A stretch of DNA of 64,000 nt from NCBI GenBank assembly GCA_963779755.1, contig CAVZZO010000003.1, positions 384,001-448,000 on the forward strand. Reading direction: 5' to 3'. Shown one piece after another: positions 41,160-50,698 of this stretch. The notes beneath the pieces were generated by a model. The model made no database searches, had not been told where the DNA came from, and was given only the letters and a program-made list of their open reading frames with translations. Each line of letters starts with the position of its first letter. Position 1 is the stretch's first letter. The translations under genes were made by a program, and so were the position numbers. Source of the DNA: an uncultured Gemmatimonadales bacterium. Its GTDB lineage: Bacteria; Gemmatimonadota; Gemmatimonadetes; Gemmatimonadales; GWC2-71-9.

Positions 41160-43100
41160 CTACGGTGCCAGCGCCTTGCTGCTCACCTCGCCGCGCACCT
41201 TCTCCAGGAACGCGTCCACGCTCATCACTTCCTGCTTCTTCCCCGCCCCGCGCACCCGGATCGCCAGGGTGCCGGCGTCGGCCTCCCGCTGGCCGATCAC
41301 CGCCATGTAGGGGATCTTCTCGACCTCGCCCTCGCGGATGCGGTAGCTCAGCGTGTCGTTGCGCTCGTCCACGTGCACCCGGAGCCCGGCGGCGGCAAGC
41401 CGGCCGGCCACCCGGTGGGCCGCCTCGATCTGCTGGTCGGCGATGGGCAGGACGCGGACCTGCTCCGGCGCCAGCCAGACGGGAAAGGCGCCGGCGAAGT
41501 GCTCGATCAGGTTGCCGATGAATCGCTCCAGCGTGCCGTAGATGGCCCGGTGGATCATCACGGGCCGGTGGGGCTTGTTGTCGGCGCCGGTGTATTCCAG
41601 CTGGAACCGCTCCGGCAGGTTGAAATCCAGCTGGATGGTCGGCCCCTGCCATTGCCGCCCGATCGCGTCACGGAACTTGATGTCGATCTTGGGCCCGTAG
41701 AACGCGCCGCCCCCCGCATCCACGTCGAAGGTGATCTCCTTGCGGCGCAGGGCGTTCATGAGCATCTCCTCGGCCCGGTCCCAGGTGGCGTCGTTGCCCA
41801 GGCGCTCCTCCGGCCGGGTGCTCACCTCGAACTCCAGGGCGAACCCGAAGGTCTGCCCCACCAGCCGGTCCACCTGGTCGAGACAGAGGAAGATCTCCTC
41901 CTCGGCCTGGTCCAGGGTGCAGAAGATGTGAGCGTCGTCCATGCTGAGCCCGCGCACCCGCAGGAGCCCGTGCAGCACGCCGGATTTCTCGTTGCGGTAG
42001 ACGTTGGCCACCTCGGAGAGCCGGAGCGGAAGATCCCGGTAGCTGCGCTGCCGGCTCTTGTAGATGAGGCAGTGCATCGGGCAGTTCATCGGCTTCACCC
42101 GGTAGCGCACATCCTCCGACTCCTCCGCCGCCGCGCCCATGGCCGGATACTGATTCTCGGCATAGAGCGGCAGGTGTCCGGAAATCCTGAACAGCTCCTC
42201 GCGCGTGATGTTCGGGGTATAGACCAGCTCGTAGCCCTTCGCGACGTTATCGTCCTCCACCACCCGGGTGAGCAGCCATTTCATCCGAGCGCCCTTGGGG
42301 TGCCAGAAGACCAGGCCGGGCCCCACCTCCTCCTGGATGGAGAAGAGATCGAGCTGCTTGCCCAGGATGCGGTGGTCCCGCCGGCGCGCCTCCTCCAGCC
42401 GGTGGAGATACTGCTCCAGGTCTTCCTTGCTGAACCAGGCGGTGCCGTAGATGCGCTGGAGCATCTGGCGGTTCTCGTCGCCCCGCCAGTAGGCGCCCGC
42501 TGCCGAGAGCAGCTTGAAGTGCTTGAGCCGCCCGGTGCTGGGGATATGCGGGCCGCGGCAGAGATCGGTAAAGGGGCCGTCGGTATAGACCGAAATCACT
42601 TCGTCATCGCCCAGCTCGGTGATCCGCTCCAGCTTCAGGGGATCGTCCTGGAAGCGCCGGTTGGCCTCGCCCCGGTCCACCACTTCGCGCACGAAGGGGA
42701 AGTCGCGCCCCGCCACCTCCCCCATTTTCGCTTCGATCCGCTGCAGATCGTCGGGCGTGAAGGGACGGTCGACTTCGAAGTCGTAGTAGAAGCCGTCGTC
42801 GATGGGCGGCCCGAAGCCGATGCCGGCGCCGGGGAAGAGCTCGCGCACGGCGGTCGCCAGCACGTGCGCCGCCGAGTGGCGCAGCACCGGCAGCGCGTCA
42901 TGATCCTTGTCGGTGAGAATCGCCACCTCGGCGTCCCGGTCCAACGGCCGGTTCAGGTCCCAGACCTGACCGTCGACCCGCGCGGCCACAGCGGCCTTCG
43001 CCAGCCGGGGGCCGATCTGCTCCGCCAGCTCGCGACTGGTGCTGCCCGCCGGCACTTCGCGGGCGCTGCCATCGGGCAGCGTGATCCGTACCACGCTCAT
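41160..43100 (-). CDS. thrS: Threonine--tRNA ligase
   Basis: TGS domain, DLCRGPH, KPMNCP and FYGPKID motifs. Confidence 0.99.
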   Translation of the reverse strand: MSVVRITLPDGSAREVPAGSTSRELAEQIGPRLAKAAVAARVDGQVWDLNRPLDRDAEVAILTDKDHDALPVLRHSAAHVLATAVRELFPGAGIGFGPPIDDGFYYDFEVDRPFTPDDLQRIEAKMGEVAGRDFPFVREVVDRGEANRRFQDDPLKLERITELGDDEVISVYTDGPFTDLCRGPHIPSTGRLKHFKLLSAAGAYWRGDENRQMLQRIYGTAWFSKEDLEQYLHRLEEARRRDHRILGKQLDLFSIQEEVGPGLVFWHPKGARMKWLLTRVVEDDNVAKGYELVYTPNITREELFRISGHLPLYAENQYPAMGAAAEESEDVRYRVKPMNCPMHCLIYKSRQRSYRDLPLRLSEVANVYRNEKSGVLHGLLRVRGLSMDDAHIFCTLDQAEEEIFLCLDQVDRLVGQTFGFALEFEVSTRPEERLGNDATWDRAEEMLMNALRRKEITFDVDAGGGAFYGPKIDIKFRDAIGRQWQGPTIQLDFNLPERFQLEYTGADNKPHRPVMIHRAIYGTLERFIGNLIEHFAGAFPVWLAPEQVRVLPIADQQIEAAHRVAGRLAAAGLRVHVDERNDTLSYRIREGEVEKIPYMAVIGQREADAGTLAIRVRGAGKKQEVMSVDAFLEKVRGEVSSKALAP

Positions 43101-43249
43101 GGGATTGTCTCCACCGTGACCACCGGCGCGATGGGCTGCACCGACCGACCGACCACGAAAAAGGCGACCAGCCCCGCCAGAATCAGCAGCGCGGGCAGGA
43201 TCCACGGAATCAGGTCCCGTGCCACTACGGGGCTGTCGTCATCCCTCAT
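43097..43249 (-). CDS. 50-aa single-TM small protein (not in ORF track)
   Basis: MRDDDSPVVARDLIPWILPALLILAGLVAFFVVGRSVQPIAPVVTVETIP; ATGA overlap with thrS. Confidence 0.65.
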   Translation of the reverse strand: MRDDDSPVVARDLIPWILPALLILAGLVAFFVVGRSVQPIAPVVTVETIP

Positions 43250-43393
43250 GGATAGTCCGTCTCATTCCTCGAAGTCTGCGTAAGCTGCGACCCGGAAACC
43301 CTTCGGCCATGCTCGACCCCGGTACTCTGCGGATTACCTTACGGGAGATTAACTTAAGACCTTCATCTGTGGATTCGTAGAGGAGCCTGCGGA

Positions 43394-43822
43394 GTGCGTA
43401 CACGGACCCCGAGCGGACTGGAAACGGCCGCCTGGATACTGGGCGGGTTGGGGATCGGCCTGGTGGCCGGGCTGTTCGCGGCCGGCTGGGTGGGGACGGT
43501 CTCGCGGGCCCGCCTGCGCCGCGCCATGGACGAGCTGGGGGAACCGGCCGGGCCGCCCCTCACCACCGCGGGCGCTGCCCGGGCGGTCGAGTCGGCGCTG
43601 GAGAGTTCCGATCTCTGGGAGCATCACCTGAGCGTCGTGGCGGTCACGCCGCACCAGGTGGAGCTGCACGGCTGGGTGCCCGATCGCGCGCTCCGGGCCC
43701 GGGCCGCCCGCCTGGTCCGGGAGGTGCCCGGCATCGAGTCCGTGGTCAATCGCCTGCTGGTGCGCGGGGAGGACGACCGGCCCGGCGACGACCGGCTCCG
43801 CCTTTCCGATCAGCCCGCATGA
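43394..43822 (+). CDS. BON-domain membrane protein
   Basis: TM followed by VELHGWV..VPGIESVVNRL. Confidence 0.85.
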   Translation: MRTRTPSGLETAAWILGGLGIGLVAGLFAAGWVGTVSRARLRRAMDELGEPAGPPLTTAGAARAVESALESSDLWEHHLSVVAVTPHQVELHGWVPDRALRARAARLVREVPGIESVVNRLLVRGEDDRPGDDRLRLSDQPA

Positions 43823-46497
43823 GCGAGCCGCTACCGCCGCAATACAATCCCACCGGCGTCGAAGACACCCTCTACAGGTGGTGGGCCGGCCGGGGGATCT
43901 TCCATGTGCCCGCCGAAGGCCGGCGCGACCCGTACGTGATCATGATGCCGCCGCCCAACGTCACGGCGGTGCTGCACATGGGACACGGGCTCAACAACAC
44001 CATTCAGGACGTGCTGATCCGCTTCCGGCGGATGCAGGGCCGGGCCAGCCTCTGGCTGCCCGGCACCGACCACGCCGGGATCGCCACCCAGAACGTGGTG
44101 GAGCGGGAACTGGCGAAGGAGGGGCTCACCCGCTTCGACCTGGGCCGCGATACCTTCGTCCGGCGGGTGTGGGACCACGTGCACCAGACCGGCGCCACCA
44201 TCCTCGACCAGCTCAAGGCCCTGGGCGCCAGCTGCGACTGGGAGCGGACCTATTTCACGCTGGACGACGGACTCTCCCGCGCGGTGCGCGAGGTCTTCGT
44301 CCGGCTGTACGAGAAGGGCCTCATCTATCGGGGCCACTATCTCATCAACTGGTGCCCCCGCTGCCTGACCGCCCTCTCCAACGAGGAGGCGGAAAAGGAG
44401 GAGGTAGACAGCCACCTCTGGCACCTGCGCTATCCGCTGGCGAACGGCGGCAGCATTACCGTCGCCACCACCCGGCCCGAGACCATGCTGGGAGACACGG
44501 CCGTGGCGGTACACCCGGACGACGAGCGCTATCATATGCTCATCGGCCGTGAGATTGATTTGCCGCTCACCGGCCGGCGCATTCCCGTCATCGCCGACGA
44601 CGCGATCGACCCCTCATTCGGGACCGGGGCGGTCAAGGTGACCCCGGCGCACGACCCCACCGATTTCGAGATCGGGCGGCGCCACCAGCTGGAGAGCATC
44701 GACATCTTCACACCCGAGGCGCGCATGGCCATCACCGCGCCCGAGGCCTACCAGGGGATGGACCGGTTCGACGCGCGCAAGGCCGTGGTGCGCGATCTCG
44801 ACGCGGCCGGCCTGCTGGAGAAGACCGAGCCCCACCGCCACGCCGTGGGCCACTGCTACCGCTGCGGGACGGTGGTGGAGCCGCGACTCAGCGACCAGTG
44901 GTTCGTGAAGATGGCCCCGCTCGCGGCGCCCGCGCTCCGGGCCTACCACGATGAGCGGGTGCGTTTCATCCCGGAGCACCGGGGCGAGGAGTACGCCCAG
45001 TGGATGGAAAACATCCGCGACTGGTGCATCTCGCGGCAGCTCTGGTGGGGGCACCGCATTCCGGTCTGGTACTGCCGGGACGACGCCTGCGGCCGCATGA
45101 CCGTGAGCCGCGACTCGGTTTCCGCCTGCCCCGGCTGCGGCGGCGCGGTGCGCCAGGACGACGACGTGCTCGACACCTGGTTCTCCTCCTGGCTGGTGCC
45201 GTTCAGCAGCCTGGGCTGGCCCGAGGCGACGCCGGACCTGGCCCGGTTCTACCCCGGCGACACGCTGGTCACCGCCCCCGAGATCCTCTTCTTCTGGGTG
45301 GCGCGGATGATCATGGCGGGCCTCGAGTTCATGGGCGAGGTGCCGTTCCACACGGTGTATCTCCACGGCACGGTGCGCGACACCCAGCACCGCAAGATGA
45401 GCAAGTCGCTGGGCAACGGCATCGACCCGCTGGAGGTGGTGCGCCGCTATGGGGCCGACGCCCTGCGCTATACCGTGGTCTCCGGCATGGCGGTCGGCAC
45501 CGACCTGATCCTCGATCCGGGCGACCTGGAAACCTCCTTCGGACCGGGCCGCAACTTCGCCAACAAGCTGTGGAACCTGGGCCGGCTCATTCTCTCCAAC
45601 CTGGACGAGCCCACCCGGCCCCTGGCCGGCGACTACCCGGATGTGGTGCGGAAAGACGAGCTGACCCTGGCCGATCGCTGGATCATCGCGCGGTGCGACG
45701 ACACCGTGGCCGCAGTAACCGAAGCCAACGAGCGGTTCCGGCTCAACGACGGCGTCGCCGCCGTCTATCACTTCCTCTGGAGCGATCTGGCCGACTGGTA
45801 CGTGGAACAGGCCAAGCCCAGGCTCTACGGCGACGCGCCCGGCGGCGATGTCGCCCGCGCGGTGCTGGCGGCCACCTTCGACGTGGCCCTGCGTCTCCTC
45901 CACCCGGTGATGCCGTTCATCACCGAGACACTCTGGAAGCGGATGCCCGGCCGTTCCGGCGGTGCCAGCATCAGCCTCACCCCCTGGCCCGCGCCCGACA
46001 AGCGCGCGCACGATCCCGAAGCGCTGGAGCGCTTCGCCCTGGTGCAGGAAGCGGTGAGCGCGATCCGCAGCATCCGGGCGGAATACAACGTGGCGCCCGG
46101 CAAGGCCATTCGCGCCGTGGTCACCTGCGCCGGACCGGCCGCCCGCGGCGCCTGCGGGATGGAACAACGCACCATCGAGCGGTTGGCCAAGCTCTCCCGG
46201 CTCGACCTGGGCGAACCGGCCGAGGCGGCCGGCGCCAGCGCCGTGCTGTCGGACGGCTCGTCGGTCTTCGTGCCGCTGGGCGATGCCATCGACGTGGATC
46301 GTGAATGCACCCGCCTGCGCGCCGAGGCTTCGCGGCTGGATCAGCTGATCCACTCCCAGGAGAAGAAGCTCGCCAATCAGAACTTCACCAGCCGCGCTCC
46401 CGCGGAAGTGGTCGAACGCGAGCGGCAGAAACTGGGCGACTGGGGCGAGCAGCGGAAGGTACTGGAGGAGAAGTTGGGACGGTTGGGGTGCAAGTGA
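43819..46497 (+). CDS. valS: Valine--tRNA ligase
   Basis: PPPNVT, HMGH, WCISRQLWWGH and KMSKS motifs. Confidence 0.99.
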   Translation: MSEPLPPQYNPTGVEDTLYRWWAGRGIFHVPAEGRRDPYVIMMPPPNVTAVLHMGHGLNNTIQDVLIRFRRMQGRASLWLPGTDHAGIATQNVVERELAKEGLTRFDLGRDTFVRRVWDHVHQTGATILDQLKALGASCDWERTYFTLDDGLSRAVREVFVRLYEKGLIYRGHYLINWCPRCLTALSNEEAEKEEVDSHLWHLRYPLANGGSITVATTRPETMLGDTAVAVHPDDERYHMLIGREIDLPLTGRRIPVIADDAIDPSFGTGAVKVTPAHDPTDFEIGRRHQLESIDIFTPEARMAITAPEAYQGMDRFDARKAVVRDLDAAGLLEKTEPHRHAVGHCYRCGTVVEPRLSDQWFVKMAPLAAPALRAYHDERVRFIPEHRGEEYAQWMENIRDWCISRQLWWGHRIPVWYCRDDACGRMTVSRDSVSACPGCGGAVRQDDDVLDTWFSSWLVPFSSLGWPEATPDLARFYPGDTLVTAPEILFFWVARMIMAGLEFMGEVPFHTVYLHGTVRDTQHRKMSKSLGNGIDPLEVVRRYGADALRYTVVSGMAVGTDLILDPGDLETSFGPGRNFANKLWNLGRLILSNLDEPTRPLAGDYPDVVRKDELTLADRWIIARCDDTVAAVTEANERFRLNDGVAAVYHFLWSDLADWYVEQAKPRLYGDAPGGDVARAVLAATFDVALRLLHPVMPFITETLWKRMPGRSGGASISLTPWPAPDKRAHDPEALERFALVQEAVSAIRSIRAEYNVAPGKAIRAVVTCAGPAARGACGMEQRTIERLAKLSRLDLGEPAEAAGASAVLSDGSSVFVPLGDAIDVDRECTRLRAEASRLDQLIHSQEKKLANQNFTSRAPAEVVERERQKLGDWGEQRKVLEEKLGRLGCK

Positions 46498-48005
46498 AGG
46501 ACGGCGGTACGGCGGGACGGCGGTACGGCGGTAGGGTTCCTGTCCACGTGGAGTCCGGTGGCCCTTTTGACCTGATTCCTTGTTTCCCCTCTGACCTGAC
46601 GCCCTGTCCGCGCAAGGCGACTTCAAGGGCCGCTGGAAAGAGCATACCGCCGTACCGCCGTCCCGCCGTACCGCCGTTGATCATCCTGTTCCTTACATTT
46701 TTCGCCTGCGCCAAGATCGAGCCCCCGCCCGGCGGGCCGCCCGACAAGACACCGCCCCACCTGGTCGCCACCGTGCCGGAAAGTACGGCCGTGCTGCCGG
46801 GGTTCCATGGCGACGTGGAGTTCCAGTTCGACGAGGTGGTCTCCGAGGGCTCGCAACCCAGTTTCGGGCTGGGCACCAGCGACCTGGAAAAGCTGATCCT
46901 GGTGAGCCCCACCACCCGGGTGCCGGTCATCAAGTGGAAGCGGAGCCGCATCACGGTGCAGGCCCGCGGCGGCTGGCGTCCCAACCAGGTGTACCGGGTG
47001 GAGCTGCTGCCCGGTATCGTAGACCTGCGGCGCAACCGCTCCGACTCCGGGCGGGTGGTGACCTTCACCACCGGCGCACCCTTACCCACGGATACGCTGC
47101 GTGGCCGGGTGATCGACTGGCAGGCCGGCCGGGTGGCCGCGAAGGCGCTGATTGACGCGGTGATCCCGGGCGACAGTACCGGCTATCGCACCCTGGCCGA
47201 CAGCTCGGGGCGCTTCGCCCTCGGCCCCATCCCCCGCGGCAGCTATGTCGTGTACGGGGTGCTGGACCAGAACGGCGATCACCGGCGCGCCAGCCGGGAG
47301 GCCTTCGATTCGGTAAAGGTCGGCGCCGACAGCACCGCCGTGCCGCTGCTCTGGGCATTCACGCACGATACCGCGGGGCCCCGGTTCAAAGGCTCTTCGC
47401 TGCGCGACAGCGTGACCGCCACCCTGTCGTTCACCCAGCCGCTCGACCCGTACCAGCGCTTCGACACCTCGGCGGTCCGGGTGCTGGCGCTGCCCGACTC
47501 CACTCCCGTGCCGGTGCGCTGGCTGCTCCCGCCGGCGATGGCCGACAGCCTCCGCCAGGCCGAACAGGCGCGTGCCGATTCCATCCGCGCCGCGGCCGAC
47601 ACCTCCGCCCCGCCGGCGCTGGATACCACCCGGGCGGCGCCGCCGGCCCCGGCCCGGGTCCCGGCCCGCCCCGGGGCCGCCGCCGAGGCCGCCGCCCGGG
47701 ATTCGCTCAAGGCGCTGCTGGCACAACGGCCGGCGCTGGGCACCGACCTGGTGCTGCGAATCGCGCAGCCGTTCGTTCCTGATACCAAGTACGTGGTGGA
47801 CATCGCCGGGCTGCGCAACGCCAACGGCGCTGCGGCCGACGTGCGGGGCAATATCTCGGCTCCGAAGCCGGCACCGGCCGACACGAGCGCCGCCGACACG
47901 ACCGGGGCCGGTTCCATCCGGAGCGACAGCACCCGCGCCCGTCCCGCGCCGGCGGCGGACAGCCTCTTCCAGCAACCCGACACCACCCGCCGCTCGCCGC
48001 CATGA
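46494..48005 (+). CDS. Ig-like (Big_5) domain lipoprotein; start uncertain (46494 or 46677)
   Basis: FACAKIEPPPGGPPDKTPP signature. Confidence 0.8.
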   Translation: MKDGGTAGRRYGGRVPVHVESGGPFDLIPCFPSDLTPCPRKATSRAAGKSIPPYRRPAVPPLIILFLTFFACAKIEPPPGGPPDKTPPHLVATVPESTAVLPGFHGDVEFQFDEVVSEGSQPSFGLGTSDLEKLILVSPTTRVPVIKWKRSRITVQARGGWRPNQVYRVELLPGIVDLRRNRSDSGRVVTFTTGAPLPTDTLRGRVIDWQAGRVAAKALIDAVIPGDSTGYRTLADSSGRFALGPIPRGSYVVYGVLDQNGDHRRASREAFDSVKVGADSTAVPLLWAFTHDTAGPRFKGSSLRDSVTATLSFTQPLDPYQRFDTSAVRVLALPDSTPVPVRWLLPPAMADSLRQAEQARADSIRAAADTSAPPALDTTRAAPPAPARVPARPGAAAEAAARDSLKALLAQRPALGTDLVLRIAQPFVPDTKYVVDIAGLRNANGAAADVRGNISAPKPAPADTSAADTTGAGSIRSDSTRARPAPAADSLFQQPDTTRRSPP

Positions 48006-49366
48006 CCGACCCGCGCCGTGCGCTGCCCTCGGTCGACCGGTTGCTGCAACGTCCCGCCCTGCAGGCGCTGCTGGAGCGCGTTCCGCGCGCGGTCGTGCTC
48101 GCGGCCGCGCGCGAGAGCCTCGAGGCCGCCCGGCAGGACGGTGGCGCCGCGCCCGAGGACTGGGATGCGGACGTCGCGACCCGGGTGGAGCGGCTGGTCC
48201 GCCCATCGCTGGAGCCGGCGCTCAACGCCACCGGTGTGGTACTCCACACCAATCTCGGCCGCGCCCCGCTGGCCTCCGCAGCGGTGCAGGCCATGGCCGC
48301 GGTGGCGGCCGGGTACGCCACCCTGGAAATCGATCTGGCCACGGGGAACCGGGGCAGCCGGGCGGCGCACTGCCGCGCCCTGCTGGCCGGCCTGAGTGGG
48401 GCCGAAGATGCGCTGGTAGTGAACAACGCCGCCGGCGCGCTGGTGCTGGCCCTGAACGCCCTGGCCGCCGGGGCCGACGTGCTGCTCTCCCGGGGCGAGA
48501 TGATCGAGATCGGCGGCTCCTTCCGGATTCCCGAAATCATGGAAAGGAGCGGCGCCCGTATGGCCGAGGTCGGCACCACCAACCGCACCCGGCTGGAGGA
48601 CTACCGGCAGGGGCTGGACCGCGGGGCGGCGGCAGTGCTCACCGTGCACCAGTCCAATTTCACCCAGCACGGCTTCGTTGCCGGGGTTGCCCCCCGGGAG
48701 CTGGCAGGGCTCTGCCGCGAGCGCCGGGTGCCCTATCTGCACGATGTCGGCAGCGGGCTCCTGGCCGACCTCGGTTCCTTCGGGCTCACCGGCGAGCCCA
48801 GGGTGCCCGACGCGGTCGCCGACGGAGCTGACCTGGTCATCTTCAGCGGCGACAAGCTGCTGGGGGGGCCACAGGCAGGCTGCATCGCGGGCCGGGGCGA
48901 CCTGGTCGCCCGGTGCCGGAGCAACCCGCTGGCCCGGGCGCTGCGTGCCGACAAGATGACTCTGGCGGCCCTGGAGGCCACACTGCGCCTCTATCAGGAT
49001 CCCGAGACCGCCAGGCGCGAGATCCCGGTGCTCGCCATGCTGACGCTGGCGGCCGACGAACTGCAACACCGGGCGTCCGCCCTGCTCCAGCACTGTCCCG
49101 CGGAACTGGAAGCCGGGCTGGTGGCCGGCGCTTCGGCGGTGGGCGGGGGCGCCTTCCCCGACGCCGTGCTGCCCACCACGCTCGTCGCCCTGCGCCCGCC
49201 CGGGGGCGATGCCGAGAGCCTGGCCCGCCGGCTCCGGACCGGCCGGCCGCCGCTCATCACCCGGATCGAGAACGACCGCGTCCTGCTCGACCCACGCACC
49301 CTGCCGGAGCAGCGCTTCCCGGAGATCGGGCGGTTGCTTCACGGTGCGGTCGTCACCGGGCCATGA
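48002..49366 (+). CDS. selA: L-seryl-tRNA(Sec) selenium transferase
   Basis: NATGVVLHTNLGRA, EIGGSFRIP, EVGTTNRT and FSGDKLLGGPQAG motifs. Confidence 0.97.
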   Translation: MTDPRRALPSVDRLLQRPALQALLERVPRAVVLAAARESLEAARQDGGAAPEDWDADVATRVERLVRPSLEPALNATGVVLHTNLGRAPLASAAVQAMAAVAAGYATLEIDLATGNRGSRAAHCRALLAGLSGAEDALVVNNAAGALVLALNALAAGADVLLSRGEMIEIGGSFRIPEIMERSGARMAEVGTTNRTRLEDYRQGLDRGAAAVLTVHQSNFTQHGFVAGVAPRELAGLCRERRVPYLHDVGSGLLADLGSFGLTGEPRVPDAVADGADLVIFSGDKLLGGPQAGCIAGRGDLVARCRSNPLARALRADKMTLAALEATLRLYQDPETARREIPVLAMLTLAADELQHRASALLQHCPAELEAGLVAGASAVGGGAFPDAVLPTTLVALRPPGGDAESLARRLRTGRPPLITRIENDRVLLDPRTLPEQRFPEIGRLLHGAVVTGP

Positions 49367-49956
49367 GTTCTCCTGCCGTCCTGCCGTCCTCCCGTCCTGC
49401 CGTCTTCCTCGACCGCGACGGCACCATCATCGAGGACACCCACTTCGTCAACGCGCCGGAGAAGGCGGTGCTCATGCCCGGTGCCGCGGCGGGGATCGGC
49501 CGGCTCAACCGGGCGGGCTACGCCGTGGTGGTGGTGACCAACCAGTCGGGCATCGCCCGCGGGATTTTCACCGAGGAGACCTATCAGGCCATTGCGCGGC
49601 GGGTGGAAGAGCTGCTGGCGGTGGAGGGCGCCCGGCTGGACGGGCAGTACCACTGCCCCCACCTGCCCGAGGTGTCCGGCCCCTGCGAGTGCCGCAAGCC
49701 CGGTACCCTGCTCTACCGCCAGGCGGCGGAAGATCTCTCGCTCGACCTGCCGCGCAGCTGGTGGATCGGCGACCGGCTGCGCGATCTGGAGGCCTCCCGG
49801 GCCCTGGGCGGCCGGGGGCTGCTGGTGCTGACCGGCAAGGGACCCCGGGAGCGCGACGCGGCGCTGGAACAGGGATATGACGTGGTGGCCGATCTGGCGG
49901 CGGCGGCCGCGAAGGTGCTGGGTTCCGGTTATGACGGCGGGGTCAGGCATGCCTGA
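49363..49956 (+). CDS. gmhB: D-glycero-manno-heptose bisphosphate phosphatase-like HAD
   Basis: FLDRDGT, VTNQSG and CPH..CECRKP motifs. Confidence 0.88.
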   Translation: MSSPAVLPSSRPAVFLDRDGTIIEDTHFVNAPEKAVLMPGAAAGIGRLNRAGYAVVVVTNQSGIARGIFTEETYQAIARRVEELLAVEGARLDGQYHCPHLPEVSGPCECRKPGTLLYRQAAEDLSLDLPRSWWIGDRLRDLEASRALGGRGLLVLTGKGPRERDAALEQGYDVVADLAAAAAKVLGSGYDGGVRHA

Positions 49957-50085
49957 CCCCTCCGTTCGGGCGCCCCTGATCCCCCCGCAGTCATGCCTGA
50001 CCCCTCCGTTCGGCCCCTGATCCCCCTGCAACCATGCCTGACCCCGCCTCGTCCCCACCGCGCCACCCCATTACCTTATGCCGCC

Positions 50086-50688
50086 ATGATGCGCCTGGCG
50101 GTGGCGATTTCGGGTCGGGGATCGAATCTCGCGGCGCTGCTGGCCGCGCTGGGCCCGGACACCCCTGCCCGCGTGGTGCTGGTGCTGAGCAATCGGCCCG
50201 AGGCCGCCGGCCTGGAGCGGGCCCGGGAACGGGGCGTCGCCACCGCGGTCCTCCGCGATCCCGCCGATGGCGGCGAGTGGCTCACGTTGCTGGAGCGGCA
50301 CGGCGTGGATCTGATCGTGCTGGCGGGCTACCTCAAGCTGGTGCCCTCCCAGGTGGTTTCGCGCTACCGCGGCCGCATTCTCAACATCCACCCCGCCCTG
50401 CTCCCCGATTTCGGCGGCCCCGGCATGTACGGCCGCCGGGTGCACGCCGCGGTGCTGGCCAGCGGCGCGGCGGAAAGCGGCGCGACGGTTCATCTGGTGG
50501 ATGAGGAATACGACCGCGGACCTGTGCTGGCCCAGTGCCGGGTCCCGGTGCTGGCCGACGATACACCCGAGCGCCTTGCCGCCCGGGTCCTGGAGACCGA
50601 ACACCGGCTGCTGCCGGCCGTGGTGCTCGCCGCGGCGCGGGCCGGGCGGCCGGTCCGGCTGACGCCGGACGAACTGGACGCGATCTGA
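50086..50688 (+). CDS. purN: Phosphoribosylglycinamide formyltransferase
   Basis: SGRGSNL and NIHPALLP motifs. Confidence 0.96.
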   Translation: MMRLAVAISGRGSNLAALLAALGPDTPARVVLVLSNRPEAAGLERARERGVATAVLRDPADGGEWLTLLERHGVDLIVLAGYLKLVPSQVVSRYRGRILNIHPALLPDFGGPGMYGRRVHAAVLASGAAESGATVHLVDEEYDRGPVLAQCRVPVLADDTPERLAARVLETEHRLLPAVVLAAARAGRPVRLTPDELDAI

Positions 50689-50698
50689 GGAGTACCCT

